Assembly (NCBI GenBank): GCA_964639955.1
Contig: CAZXGJ010000004.1
Location: 43,520-107,519 of the forward strand
Source: an uncultured Ignavibacteriaceae bacterium
GTDB lineage: Bacteria; Bacteroidota; Ignavibacteria; Ignavibacteriales; Ignavibacteriaceae
Length of the DNA stretch: 64,000 nt
Direction of reading: 5' to 3'
Numbering within the stretch: position 1 is the first letter of the stretch; each line of letters begins with the position of its first letter. The position numbers and the translations under genes were made by a program. The notes below the pieces were generated by a model that ran no database searches, was not told the origin of the DNA, and saw only the letters and a list, made by a program, of their open reading frames with translations. Below are positions 1 through 9,015 of this stretch, piece after piece.

Positions 1-141
1 GCAAATTTTCTGCTAGGTGCTGTTGGATTAATTCTTATTTATAAAACAAACCAGGAAACAGTTACCATAACTTTTAGCTTATTTAAAAAATTAATACCTA
101 AACGATTCCGGCTGGAGAAACAGAATAATGAAGATTATTGA
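1..141 (+). CDS. 3' end of an upstream membrane-protein gene (partial; possibly the LptF/LptG partner)
   Basis: Frame 1 is open from base 1 to a TGA at 139-141 (ANFLLGAVGLILIYK...EKQNNEDY*): a hydrophobic helix followed by a basic tail. It overlaps the next start by 14 nt. It is absent from the ORF track because its start lies outside the window. Confidence 0.3.
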   Translation, partial: ANFLLGAVGLILIYKTNQETVTITFSLFKKLIPKRFRLEKQNNEDY

Positions 142-1210
142 CAGGTACCTTATAAAACAATTTCTGCAGACCATAGTTTTTGCATTAATAGGTTTCACAT
201 TAATCTTCGTGGTTATAGATGCAATGGAAAATCTTGACGATTTTATAGACCAGGATGTGCCGGCGATGATTGTACTTCAATATTACCTGGTTTTCATTCC
301 GGATATCATTAAACTGATGACACCGGTCTCGGTTCTCTTTGGTGCATTATACACAGCAGGTAAACTCACTTCGTTGAGCGAACTCACTGCAATAAGAGCA
401 AGCGGTGTAAGTCTTTTCAGGTTTATGCTTCCTTTTATTGTTACTGCTTTTTTTATAAGCATATTAGCTGTCTATTTCGGCGGATATGTTGTTCCGATGG
501 CTAATAAAACTAAAATATATATCGGGCAGGTTTATCTTAAGAAGGGATTGGAATATACCGGCAGCAATATATATTTCCAGGATACAAACACACGGGTAGT
601 GAGCATTTCTTTTTTTGACAGCAACAGCAACCGTGCGAACAAAATAAGTATACAGGATTTTGATCAGAAGAATTTAACGAGAATGACCGGCAGGATAGAT
701 GCACAAAAACTCGAATATGATTCACTTACCGTTTCCTGGATGGCGTATTCCGGTGTGAACAGAAAATTTTCAGAAGAAGGTGAAACTGCGGAATATTTTA
801 CAAGCCTGAAATTAACCGATCTTCAATTTAAACCGGATGATTTGGTTAAAAAGCAGCGGAAGCAGGAAGAAATGAATCTCGATGAACTCTCCGACTTAAT
901 TGAAACTCAGAAACGTGCCGGCAATGACCCAACTATTATTCAGATTGAGTATCACTCCCGTATTGCTTTTGCAGTAACGAGCCTGATTATCGTAATGTTT
1001 GGATTGCCGATTGCCATAAAAAAGAAAAAGAGCGGTATCGCTGCGCAGATTGGAATTAATTTATTAATTACATTTGCCTATCTTGTATTGCTCCAGGTAA
1101 GCAGGGCTTTCGGTAAGAACGGTGCACTCGATCCTATTCTTACTGCCTGGTTTGCTAATTTTATTATTCTGATAGGAACAGCAATAACACTTCCGAAAAT
1201 GAGATACTGA
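128..1210 (+). CDS. LptF/LptG family LPS export permease (YjgP/YjgQ)
   Basis: 360 aa. The N-terminus IIDRYLIKQFLQTIVFALIGFTLIF is typical of the family. There are three N-terminal TM helices, a soluble middle domain, then C-terminal TM helices. Confidence 0.8.
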   Translation: MKIIDRYLIKQFLQTIVFALIGFTLIFVVIDAMENLDDFIDQDVPAMIVLQYYLVFIPDIIKLMTPVSVLFGALYTAGKLTSLSELTAIRASGVSLFRFMLPFIVTAFFISILAVYFGGYVVPMANKTKIYIGQVYLKKGLEYTGSNIYFQDTNTRVVSISFFDSNSNRANKISIQDFDQKNLTRMTGRIDAQKLEYDSLTVSWMAYSGVNRKFSEEGETAEYFTSLKLTDLQFKPDDLVKKQRKQEEMNLDELSDLIETQKRAGNDPTIIQIEYHSRIAFAVTSLIIVMFGLPIAIKKKKSGIAAQIGINLLITFAYLVLLQVSRAFGKNGALDPILTAWFANFIILIGTAITLPKMRY

Positions 1211-1240
1211 AATTCTCCCAAATCTTTTATTCATATTAAC

Positions 1241-1272
1241 AAAAAAATGCCATCCAAACAGAGTGAGATGGC
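1241..1272. terminator. Hairpin between convergent genes (A-run / GCCATC-N12-GATGGC)
   Basis: GCCATC (1249-1254) pairs with GATGGC (1267-1272). On the minus strand it is followed by TTTTTTT (1241-1247), downstream of the DUF3467 gene. It also lies downstream of the plus-strand permease. Confidence 0.5.
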
Positions 1273-1312
1273 AGTAATTATTTGCCTATTATTGGAAAAT
1301 TTAACGTGGATG

Positions 1313-1639
1313 TTAATTCACTTTCTCCGTCCCTTTCGGAGGAACAAACCCAAAATGCTGAGCAGAGGGCGCTTCAATTTTTATCTCACCAAATCGCGAT
1401 TCAAACTTGTCTATGTTTTCCTTAAGCGCTTTGAGCAGCATTTTAGCATGCTGCGGAGTTGTAATAATTCTCGAAAGTACTTTTGCTTTCGGCACTCCGG
1501 GTACTATCCTGGTAAAATCAATTATAAACTCAGCCGGTGAATGAGTTATTATTGCCAGGTTCGAATAAATACCTTCCGCTTCCTTTTCACCCAGTTCAAT
1601 ATTTATCTGCTGACCCTGAGGTGGTTTATTTTGGTTCAT
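1313..1639 (-). CDS. DUF3467 domain protein
   Basis: 108 aa. The stretch INIELGEKEAEGIYSNLAIITHSPAEFIIDFTRIVPG matches my recollection of the DUF3467 core. The opposite-strand ORF 1247..1540 is a shadow. Confidence 0.55.
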   Translation of the reverse strand: MNQNKPPQGQQINIELGEKEAEGIYSNLAIITHSPAEFIIDFTRIVPGVPKAKVLSRIITTPQHAKMLLKALKENIDKFESRFGEIKIEAPSAQHFGFVPPKGTEKVN

Positions 1640-1645
1640 TTTATT

Positions 1646-2809
1646 TTACCTTAATTCATCTGCTTTTTTAAATGCATTATTTGCATCTTCCTGCATACCC
1701 AGCACAGAATATACTTTCCCGAGAAGCTCCCATATTTGTCCGTTTACCGGATCTTTTTCTACGACTTTTTCTAAATACGGCAGAGCCATTTCATATTTCT
1801 TTTTATAGTCTTCGCTGATAACACCCTGGTCTTCTGCTTTTTTATTAAGATCGGTTCCCCATTTAACATAAGTTACAGCAAGATTGTAAATTGCGTTATC
1901 GTATTCGGCATCTAGTTCAATTGCTTTTAAAAATTGTGCTTCGGCTTCTTCAAATTTTTCTGCACCCAGCAACAGAACCCCGTAATTATAACAGTAATAT
2001 TTGTTATCTGGCTCTTTTTCAACACCTTCTTTAAAGGCATCCATAGCTATATCAATTTTATTAGCTCCGATGTACGAATTGGAAAGAGCAACCAGTATTT
2101 CCGAATTTTCGGGATACATCTGCTTGCCCTCCTCGAGCACATCAATTGCTTTGTTGAACATATCTACTGCCTCAATACTATCCTGCTGATTGCCACTGTT
2201 TTTAAAGTTTATCAGTTTATTAGATGCAATCGTGTAGTAGACCTCACCGAGGTACTGATAACCTTCTTCAGATTTTTCCAGCTCCACAAGTTTTGTAAGA
2301 GGCTCTATAGATTCTTCATTTTTACCCATAGTCAGATAAACGAAAGCCAGGTTCCTGTATGTTTCGGCAGAATCTGGCTGCAGAGCCTTAGCATTTTTAT
2401 ACTCATTAACTGACATTTCATAAAACATCTTCGAGCTGTCGGCATCGGTAGTTTTATTTCCCCGCTGGAAAAGATTTACTCCCTTATTAAAGCTGTTTGC
2501 CCAATGATAAGTTTTTGATTCATTTACTTCCTTCTGAAACTTATTGCTGATCCCCAGTGATTGATCATAAGCTTCGATCATCTTGCTTATCTCACCCATT
2601 TCACCATAAACGTGTCCGAGCAGAAAGTAGCCTTCATCGCTCTTTGGATTTTTAGCAATCTCCTGATTCAGAACCTCCAAGGCCTTATCAAAATTCTTTT
2701 GCTGAATATAAAGACGGGCACTTGTAAGCTCAGTGGATGAACATTGGAATCCCATTAAAACAATTCCAATTAATAAAATCGCGGCTAAGCAGAAATTTGT
2801 TTTTTTCAT
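1646..2809 (-). CDS. TPR-repeat lipoprotein
   Basis: I chose the internal start MKKTNFCLAAILLIGIVLMGFQC at 2809, which gives a lipoprotein-type signal with Cys. Multiple 34-aa TPR-like units follow (A..Y..AL..P....Y.LG.VY pattern). Confidence 0.8.
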   Translation of the reverse strand: MKKTNFCLAAILLIGIVLMGFQCSSTELTSARLYIQQKNFDKALEVLNQEIAKNPKSDEGYFLLGHVYGEMGEISKMIEAYDQSLGISNKFQKEVNESKTYHWANSFNKGVNLFQRGNKTTDADSSKMFYEMSVNEYKNAKALQPDSAETYRNLAFVYLTMGKNEESIEPLTKLVELEKSEEGYQYLGEVYYTIASNKLINFKNSGNQQDSIEAVDMFNKAIDVLEEGKQMYPENSEILVALSNSYIGANKIDIAMDAFKEGVEKEPDNKYYCYNYGVLLLGAEKFEEAEAQFLKAIELDAEYDNAIYNLAVTYVKWGTDLNKKAEDQGVISEDYKKKYEMALPYLEKVVEKDPVNGQIWELLGKVYSVLGMQEDANNAFKKADELR

Positions 2810-3001
2810 TTTTACTCCGTTAAAAAGATAGAATAATGAATTCAAAATTAGCACAATACCTGCGCTTTATCAAGAAAATAGATGCGGCTAAGGCCGCTGA
2901 ATCAATTACTCAAATTTCTGCAATATCTGCATAGTTACCGGGTTTTAAATTGATTTTACTTAAGGAATAGAATATTTTTCATAAGTAAAAATGAGAAAAA
3001 T

Positions 3002-4084
3002 TTGTTAACTGAAAAGATAATCAGGTCAGTTCCGAAAGTACTTCTGCACGACCACCTCGATGGCGGATTAAGACCGCAAACAATTGCTGAGCTTGCTAAA
3101 GAATATAATTACAAAAAACTTCCCGATTCAGACCCTGAAAAACTCGCCGCCTGGTTTCATCAGCTTGCATACAGCGGCAGTCTTATCGAGTACCTGAAAG
3201 GATTTGTTCATACCTGCGAACTTATGCAAACAAGACAGGCCCTTGAGCGTGTTGCCTATGAAATGATAGAAGATATGAGCATCGACGGTGTGTGTTATGT
3301 TGAAACCCGTTTTGCGCCGGTATATCATTTAAAGAAAGGGCTTCACCTGGAGGATACTGTAAGTGCGGTAATTGCCGGTCTTGAAAAAGGCAAAGATGAT
3401 TTTGGCGTAGGCTTCGGGCTGATTCTCTGCGGTATGAGAAATATGACGAATACACTTGAGATTGCAGAACTTGCCGTAAACTTCCGGGACCGCGGTGTTG
3501 TTGGTTTCGACCTTGCTGGTGAAGAGGGCGGCTATCCTCCCAAAAAACACGTAGATGCATTTCACTTGATTCAACGGGAAAATTTTAATATTACCATTCA
3601 CGCCGGTGAAGCTTTCGGCAAAGAATCTATCTGGCAGGCAATTCAATGGTGCGGCGCTCACAGAATAGGGCACGCAACACGCCTGGTGGAAGATATAATA
3701 TTTGATGAGAAAGGTAATGTAATAAGCTTTGGCGATCTTGCTCAATATATTCTCGATAAAAGAATTCCTCTCGAGATATGCTTATCGAGCAATCTTCATA
3801 CGGGTGCTGTTGATAAGCTGGAAAACCATCCTTTTGGAATGCTGTATAATGAAAAATTCAGAGTTACAATTAATACAGACGACAGACTGATGAGCAACAC
3901 AAATCTGACCAATGAGTTCCTGGTTGCGGCAAAATATTTTAATATCACCCTGGACGACATAGAAAAAATTACAATCAACTCAATGAAGTCTTCATTCATT
4001 CATTATAACGAACGACTAAGGTACATTTACGAAATAATCAAGCCGGGATTTAAAAAAATAAAAGATCAATTAGTAACGGGATAA
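3002..4084 (+). CDS. add: Adenosine deaminase
   Basis: 360 aa with a TTG start. Metal-binding motifs are present: LLHDHLDGG near the N-terminus, HAGE, and TINTDD near the C-terminus. Confidence 0.9.
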   Translation: MLTEKIIRSVPKVLLHDHLDGGLRPQTIAELAKEYNYKKLPDSDPEKLAAWFHQLAYSGSLIEYLKGFVHTCELMQTRQALERVAYEMIEDMSIDGVCYVETRFAPVYHLKKGLHLEDTVSAVIAGLEKGKDDFGVGFGLILCGMRNMTNTLEIAELAVNFRDRGVVGFDLAGEEGGYPPKKHVDAFHLIQRENFNITIHAGEAFGKESIWQAIQWCGAHRIGHATRLVEDIIFDEKGNVISFGDLAQYILDKRIPLEICLSSNLHTGAVDKLENHPFGMLYNEKFRVTINTDDRLMSNTNLTNEFLVAAKYFNITLDDIEKITINSMKSSFIHYNERLRYIYEIIKPGFKKIKDQLVTG

Positions 4085-4097
4085 AAAATAATTGTAA

Positions 4098-4433
4098 ATG
4101 AAAAAGCTTTTTCAGAATTACAACTTCGAATTTAATAAGAACGAAAAGAAGCTTATCTCTTCTTTCTGTAAACAGGCACTTAAACAGATGGGCGGCGATA
4201 AGCAGTTCTTTGCTGAGGTTAAAGCATTATCCTCCATCCTGGAAAAAATAAATTCGGGCAGTGAATCAATCAAATTAACAAAGGATGAAAAAACCAGATT
4301 CACTCATCAGCTAAAACAAAATATGGAATCAATCGGCAGGCAGATGAAAAAAGGATTCTTTCTTAAGAGGTGGCTTATGAAATCGCTGTTTAATCAATAC
4401 AACAACCTGTATGAAAATCATTTTAAAGGATAG
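4098..4433 (+). CDS. Hypothetical helical protein in the add-hutU operon
   Basis: 111 aa, Lys/Glu-rich, with no signal peptide and no family I recognise. It lies 13 nt after the add stop and 3 nt before the hutU start, so coding is supported mainly by packing. Confidence 0.5.
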   Translation: MKKLFQNYNFEFNKNEKKLISSFCKQALKQMGGDKQFFAEVKALSSILEKINSGSESIKLTKDEKTRFTHQLKQNMESIGRQMKKGFFLKRWLMKSLFNQYNNLYENHFKG

Positions 4434-4436
4434 AAA

Positions 4437-6101
4437 ATGACTGAAGAAATTATAAGAAATATTAAAGCTCCTACCGGAAATGAAATCAGTTGTAAAGGAT
4501 GGATACAGGAAGCCGCAATGCGAATGCTGATGAACAATCTTAACCCGGAAGTTGCAGAGAAACCTGAAGAGCTGATAGTTTATGGCGGCAGCGGGAAAGC
4601 TGCTCGAAATTGGAATGCCTATCATACCATCATCAATACATTAAAGAACCTTGAGAATGATGATACACTTTTAATTCAATCAGGCAAGCCGGTTGGTATA
4701 TTTAAAACTTATTCAAATGCTCCACGAGTTATAATATCCAACGCAATGCTGGTACCGGATTGGGCAAACTGGGATGAGTTCCGCAGGCTCGAAAAACTTG
4801 GTTTAACTATGTTCGGCCAGATGACTGCCGGAAGCTGGATCTATATCGGTACGCAGGGAATTCTGCAGGGCACTTATGAAACCTTTGCCGAATGTGCAAG
4901 AAAATATTTTAACGGAACGCTTAAAGGAAAATTTTTACTTACTGCCGGTCTTGGCGGTATGGGTGGAGCACAACCACTTGCAGCTACTTTTAATGGTGCT
5001 GCTTTTCTTGGTGTTGAAGTTGACCGTGCCCGTGCACAAAAAAGAATAGATACGGGTTATCTTGATTACCTGACAGATAACATTGATGATGCTTTAAGCA
5101 AAGTTCTTAAAGCAAAAGAAAAAGGCGAAGCACTTTCGGTTGGTCTGGTAGCAAATGCAGGTGAGGCGTTGCCTGAAATTCTTAAAAGAGGAATTATTCC
5201 GGATGTACTAACAGACCAGACTTCCGCACACGATGTGCTGAATGGTTATGTTCCGATGGGAATGAGCTTTGAGGATGCTCTTCGGCTGAGAAAGTCAGAT
5301 CCGGAAAAGTATATTAAACTCTCACGGGAGACCATCGTAAAACATGTTAACGCAATGCTTGAGTTTAAGAAGCGGGGCGCTATTACTTTCGATTATGGCA
5401 ACAATATCCGCGGGGAAGCAAAAGAAAACGGTGTGGCAAACGCATTTGATATTCCGGGATTTGTTCCAGAATTCATTCGCCCGCTTTTCTGTGATGGTAA
5501 GGGACCATTCCGATGGGCTGCACTTTCAGGCGACCCGGAGGATATTTACGAAACGGACAGAGCAGTTAAAGAAACTTTCCCCGGTAACAAAGCTCTTTGT
5601 AAATGGATAGATATGGCTCAGCAAAAAGTTCATTTCCAAGGCTTACCCGCCCGTATTTGCTGGCTGGGGTATGGCGAGCGTGCAAAAATGGGTAAGATTT
5701 TTAATGAACTCGTTGCAACCGGGAAGGTTAAAGCCCCAATCGTAATCGGAAGAGATCATCTCGATTGCGGTTCGGTGGCTTCACCAAACAGGGAAACAGA
5801 AGCGATGAAAGATGGCAGCGATGCTATTGCCGATTGGCCCATACTGAATGCTTTAATAAATGCAATCGGCGGCGCAAGCTGGGTTTCAGTTCACCACGGT
5901 GGCGGTGTTGGAATAGGTAAAGCCATACACGCCGGTATGGTTATAGTTGCCGACGGAACTAAAGAAGCCGGGGATAGATTGCAAAGAGTACTAACTTACG
6001 ACCCGGGAATGGGTATCATCCGGCATGCTGATGCGGGATATGAACAGGCAATTCAGAATGCAAAAAAATGGGGAGTTAAAATTCCGATGATAGATAAATA
6101 A
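4437..6101 (+). CDS. hutU: Urocanate hydratase
   Basis: 554 aa. Full-length urocanase pattern: [23 protein letters not shown] (NAD site), [25 protein letters not shown]. Confidence 0.95.
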   Translation: MTEEIIRNIKAPTGNEISCKGWIQEAAMRMLMNNLNPEVAEKPEELIVYGGSGKAARNWNAYHTIINTLKNLENDDTLLIQSGKPVGIFKTYSNAPRVIISNAMLVPDWANWDEFRRLEKLGLTMFGQMTAGSWIYIGTQGILQGTYETFAECARKYFNGTLKGKFLLTAGLGGMGGAQPLAATFNGAAFLGVEVDRARAQKRIDTGYLDYLTDNIDDALSKVLKAKEKGEALSVGLVANAGEALPEILKRGIIPDVLTDQTSAHDVLNGYVPMGMSFEDALRLRKSDPEKYIKLSRETIVKHVNAMLEFKKRGAITFDYGNNIRGEAKENGVANAFDIPGFVPEFIRPLFCDGKGPFRWAALSGDPEDIYETDRAVKETFPGNKALCKWIDMAQQKVHFQGLPARICWLGYGERAKMGKIFNELVATGKVKAPIVIGRDHLDCGSVASPNRETEAMKDGSDAIADWPILNALINAIGGASWVSVHHGGGVGIGKAIHAGMVIVADGTKEAGDRLQRVLTYDPGMGIIRHADAGYEQAIQNAKKWGVKIPMIDK

Positions 6102-6114
6102 AGTGGATAATGTT

Positions 6115-6438
6115 ATGAAATTACTCTTACCTTTTACCTTATTAATTGCTTATTCGGCTACTTTCGCTCAGAGCGATGAAGGATTGAACGAAGATGAATG
6201 CTCTTTTAACGGATTAAAGTTATACGGGAAAATTCAATTTGTAGAATCTTTCCCGGACATAACAGTTAAAGTGGTAGATTCATTTGCAGATTTGAAAGTT
6301 AAAATTGTTGATTCATTTCCGGATGATTGCGGCGAATGGGAAATAGTAGATTCTTTTCCTGACCTGAAAGTAAAAATAGTTGAATCGTTCCCGGATATAG
6401 AAATAAAATTTGTTGAATCGTTCCCGGGAATACCCTGA
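6115..6438 (+). CDS. Secreted tandem-repeat miniprotein (6 x ~11 aa V[DE]SFPD[LI]xVK[IV])
   Basis: I prefer the ATG at 6115 (MKLLLPFTLLIAYSATFA-QS, a signal peptide) over the GTG at 6103. The mature part is almost entirely VESFPDITVKV / VDSFADLKVKI / VDSFPDDCGEWEI / VDSFPDLKVKI / VESFPDIEIKF / VESFPGIP. Confidence 0.6.
   Translation: MKLLLPFTLLIAYSATFAQSDEGLNEDECSFNGLKLYGKIQFVESFPDITVKVVDSFADLKVKIVDSFPDDCGEWEIVDSFPDLKVKIVESFPDIEIKFVESFPGIP
6241..6438 (+). repeat. In-frame 33-bp tandem repeat (one 39-bp unit)
   Basis: The DNA units gt[at]ga[at]tc.tt[tc]cc.ga....a.[ag]t.aaa.t. repeat six times head to tail, encoding the peptide repeat above. Confidence 0.8.
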
Positions 6439-6580
6439 AAAATAAATTACACTTCCATCCGACGAAAACGGAAAGGAAAGTAAAGTTTAATTATATAAGA
6501 TACTGAGATCCGGCGAAGGCAGATCTGGCAAGAGACGGTAAGCTCAGCATTATTCAATCAATTTAAATACAGAGGTAGTT

Positions 6581-7771
6581 ATGAAATTAAAAGTACTAGT
6601 CGCAGATAAATTTCCGGAAAAGTACATCCAGCAGATGAAAGATCTGGATCTTGAAGTTATTTACGAGCCGAAGCTTGGTGAAAAGGATTTACCTGGTGCC
6701 GCCACAGAGGTTGACATTCTTGTTGTTCGCTCAACGGTTGTAAATGAGGAAACCATCAATACATCCAAAAAACTTAACTTGATTATTCGCGCAGGATCAG
6801 GAGTAAATAATATTGCAATACCTGCTGCAAATAAAAAAGGAATTTATGTTGCCAACTGCCCGGGTATGAACGCTGTTGCCGTGGCTGAGCTAACGATGGG
6901 TTTAATGCTTTCTCTTGACCGTTTCATTCCCGATAATGTTTCAGATTTTAAAAAGGGCATCTGGAATAAAGAAAAATATTCAAAAGGTCTGGGCTTAAAA
7001 GGCAAAACACTTGGTATTATCGGGGTGGGTGCAATCGGAAGAGAAGTTGCAAAACGCGCTCTTGCATTTGAAATGAATGTTTACGGCAAGGATATAACGA
7101 GAATTGAAGGTGTGCAGATTAAGGATTTTTCCGAGATGAACCAGCTGCTGCCGCTTTGTGATATTGTTACCATTCATTTACCGGCAACTCCACAAACAAA
7201 AGGGCTTTTCAACAAACAAATGTTCAGCTTTATGAAGGATGGAGCTTTACTGATAAATACTTCCCGGCACGATGTTATTGTTGAGGAAGATTTGATTGAA
7301 GCTATTCAAAGCAAAAATATAAGATTTGCAGGCGATGTATTCAAAGGAGAGCCTGAAGGCAAAACCGGAGAAGTTAAATCCCACCTTCAGAATTATCCCG
7401 ACATTTATATAACCCATCATATTGGTGCATCTACTGCACAAGCCCAGGACGCAGTTGCTGAAGAGACAGTAAGAATTATAAACCATTACGTCCACAGCGG
7501 TGTAATTGACCACTGGGTTAACAGAGCAAAGTTAACAGATGCACATTACCAGCTTGTTGTTAAGCATTACGATAAACCTGGAGTGCTTGCCGGTGTTCTC
7601 GATTTACTAAGAGATGGCAGTATCAATATTGAAGAAATAGAAAATGTAATTTTTGATGGCGGTATTGCCGCAAGCTGCACAATGAAGCTACAGAATGCTG
7701 CAACAGCTGATATGCTGAAGAAGATGAGCGAAAATCCGAATGTAATTAGTGTCAGTCATGTTGAGATATAG
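6581..7771 (+). CDS. D-isomer-specific 2-hydroxyacid dehydrogenase with C-terminal ACT-like domain (short PGDH-like)
   Basis: 396 aa. NAD fold GIIGVGAIGREVA and catalytic-region HIGAST. The C-terminal ~70 aa (YQLVVKHYDKPGVLAGVLDLLRDGSINIEEIE) looks like an ACT domain. Confidence 0.75.
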   Translation: MKLKVLVADKFPEKYIQQMKDLDLEVIYEPKLGEKDLPGAATEVDILVVRSTVVNEETINTSKKLNLIIRAGSGVNNIAIPAANKKGIYVANCPGMNAVAVAELTMGLMLSLDRFIPDNVSDFKKGIWNKEKYSKGLGLKGKTLGIIGVGAIGREVAKRALAFEMNVYGKDITRIEGVQIKDFSEMNQLLPLCDIVTIHLPATPQTKGLFNKQMFSFMKDGALLINTSRHDVIVEEDLIEAIQSKNIRFAGDVFKGEPEGKTGEVKSHLQNYPDIYITHHIGASTAQAQDAVAEETVRIINHYVHSGVIDHWVNRAKLTDAHYQLVVKHYDKPGVLAGVLDLLRDGSINIEEIENVIFDGGIAASCTMKLQNAATADMLKKMSENPNVISVSHVEI

Positions 7772-7809
7772 AAATCTGAATTAGCTGACTGATGATATCA
7801 ACTAATATA

Positions 7810-7836
7810 GAAAGACGGCCAGGTTGGTCGTCTTTC
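7810..7836. terminator. Bidirectional hairpin between convergent genes
   Basis: GAAAGACG (7810-7817) pairs with CGTCTTTC (7829-7836) around an 11-nt loop. Both flanks are A/T-rich. Confidence 0.6.
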
Positions 7837-7859
7837 AATTTATATTCTATAAAAATCAT

Positions 7860-8615
7860 TCACACAAATTTTACATCAATCAAATCCTTAATTATCCCAT
7901 GATAAAAAGGCAACTGTAAAAGTAGGTTAATCGCTTCAATATCCTGTTCATCAAAATCAAAAACCAGGTGCTGAATGTTTAACTTGATATATTCCAGTGA
8001 AGACAGAGGAAGATTTGGTAACAGCTTATCAAAACTTTCGGCGTGTCCCCCTTCTAACATTTTAAGAAAACCGGAATTAAACTTTTGTAAGCTGCTTTCG
8101 GAACTTCCTGCAATAACAAAATTGATGTAAGGAGCCTTTATAAGCTCGATTATTTCTTCGGCAAAACTTATACCGCTGTTAAAAAGTTCTTTTTCGAAAT
8201 TGAAACTGCCGACAACCAAAATATTCCTGTTAAAATCTTCGGGCATCCGGCTGAGTAAAATAGTTTTAACATCAACATCATAAAATTCTTTAAGAAGGAT
8301 CTTACTTAAAATTACCTCGTTAGAAGTTATATCACCACAAATAAATAATTCGTTTATGCTTTTCTGTTTTTCTTTAAAGAAAAGATATGAATTTGATAAA
8401 AGAGCATTAAACGAGAAACCTATTTGGGCAGAAATAAATAAATCTTTTGCTGTTAGTATGTCCAGCGTCGGTATCAGCCCGATTGCATCGCTTTGATTGA
8501 AAAGCTTGCCCGAAATAACGGCAGAAGAGTGAAATTCGGTTATGATATCGGGTGTTATGTTTAATTCTGAAAGGAATATTTTGGAGAAGATATTATCAGG
8601 CAGTAATAATTTCAT
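7860..8615 (-). CDS. MqnA/MqnD-fold (periplasmic-binding-like) protein, possibly chorismate dehydratase-like, diverged
   Basis: I chose the start at 8615 (MKLLLPD) because the rplS terminator hairpin occupies 8626-8651. The layout resembles MqnA: ...DAIGLIPTLDIL..., ...ICGDITSNEVILSKILLKEFY..., and the C-terminus EYIKLNIQHLVFDFDEQDIEAINLLLQLPFYHGII. The similarity is judged by eye only. Confidence 0.35.
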   Translation of the reverse strand: MKLLLPDNIFSKIFLSELNITPDIITEFHSSAVISGKLFNQSDAIGLIPTLDILTAKDLFISAQIGFSFNALLSNSYLFFKEKQKSINELFICGDITSNEVILSKILLKEFYDVDVKTILLSRMPEDFNRNILVVGSFNFEKELFNSGISFAEEIIELIKAPYINFVIAGSSESSLQKFNSGFLKMLEGGHAESFDKLLPNLPLSSLEYIKLNIQHLVFDFDEQDIEAINLLLQLPFYHGIIKDLIDVKFV

Positions 8616-8625
8616 ACAATAAATT

Positions 8626-8651
8626 AAAAAAGCCGCCATTGAGCGGCTTTG
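8626..8651 (-). terminator. Intrinsic terminator after rplS
   Basis: On the minus strand: AAAGCCGC-tcaatg-GCGGCTTTTT, directly downstream of the rplS stop (8660). Confidence 0.6.
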
Positions 8652-8659
8652 AACATTTG

Positions 8660-9004
8660 TTAATTAGATTTGTCTTTTATCCTAGCAGCTTTACCCGAGA
8701 GATTGCGCAGATAATAAAGCTTGGCACGCCTTACATTTCCTTGCTTAATTATTTCGATTTTCGAAATCTTGGGTGAATTGAAATGAAATATTCTCTCAAC
8801 GCCGACACCGCTCGAAATTTTTCTAACTGTGAAAGTTTTGCTTAGCTCTGAACCGCGAACGCTGATTACATCCCCTTCAAAGGGCTGTATTCTTTCTTTA
8901 TCGCCTTCAATAATGCTTACATAAACTTTTATCCGATCACCCGGCTTAAAGTCAGGCAATTTCGATTCTTTATTGCCCGCCAGCAAATTATTTATTTTTT
9001 TCAT
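8660..9004 (-). CDS. rplS: 50S ribosomal protein L19
   Basis: 114 aa. [33 protein letters not shown] is the classic L19 core. Confidence 0.95.
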   Translation of the reverse strand: MKKINNLLAGNKESKLPDFKPGDRIKVYVSIIEGDKERIQPFEGDVISVRGSELSKTFTVRKISSGVGVERIFHFNSPKISKIEIIKQGNVRRAKLYYLRNLSGKAARIKDKSN

Positions 9005-9015
9005 TATATACTCCG

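Noticed and set aside
1247-1540. A plus-strand 97-aa ORF overlaps the DUF3467 gene. Many similar antisense ORFs appear in the track, for example 1934..2413, 3329..3745, 14307..14738, 15104..15424, 33999..34517, 38599..39168, 41456..41851 and 49554..49955.
   Set aside because: They lie entirely inside strongly supported genes on the opposite strand or in another frame. They have odd composition (Ser/Phe/Ile/Cys-rich) and no recognisable motifs, so they are shadow ORFs.
2855-3001. Small palindromes (GCGGC-taag-GCCGC and TGCA-atatc-TGCA) lie in the divergent TPR/add promoter region.
   Set aside because: The stems are only 4-5 bp, which is expected by chance in 150 bp. I found no supporting repeat elsewhere in the window.
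6241-6438. A regular 33-bp tandem repeat could be mistaken for a CRISPR-like or minisatellite array.
   Set aside because: The units are contiguous with no spacers and in frame. They encode a coherent peptide repeat inside an ORF that has a signal peptide.
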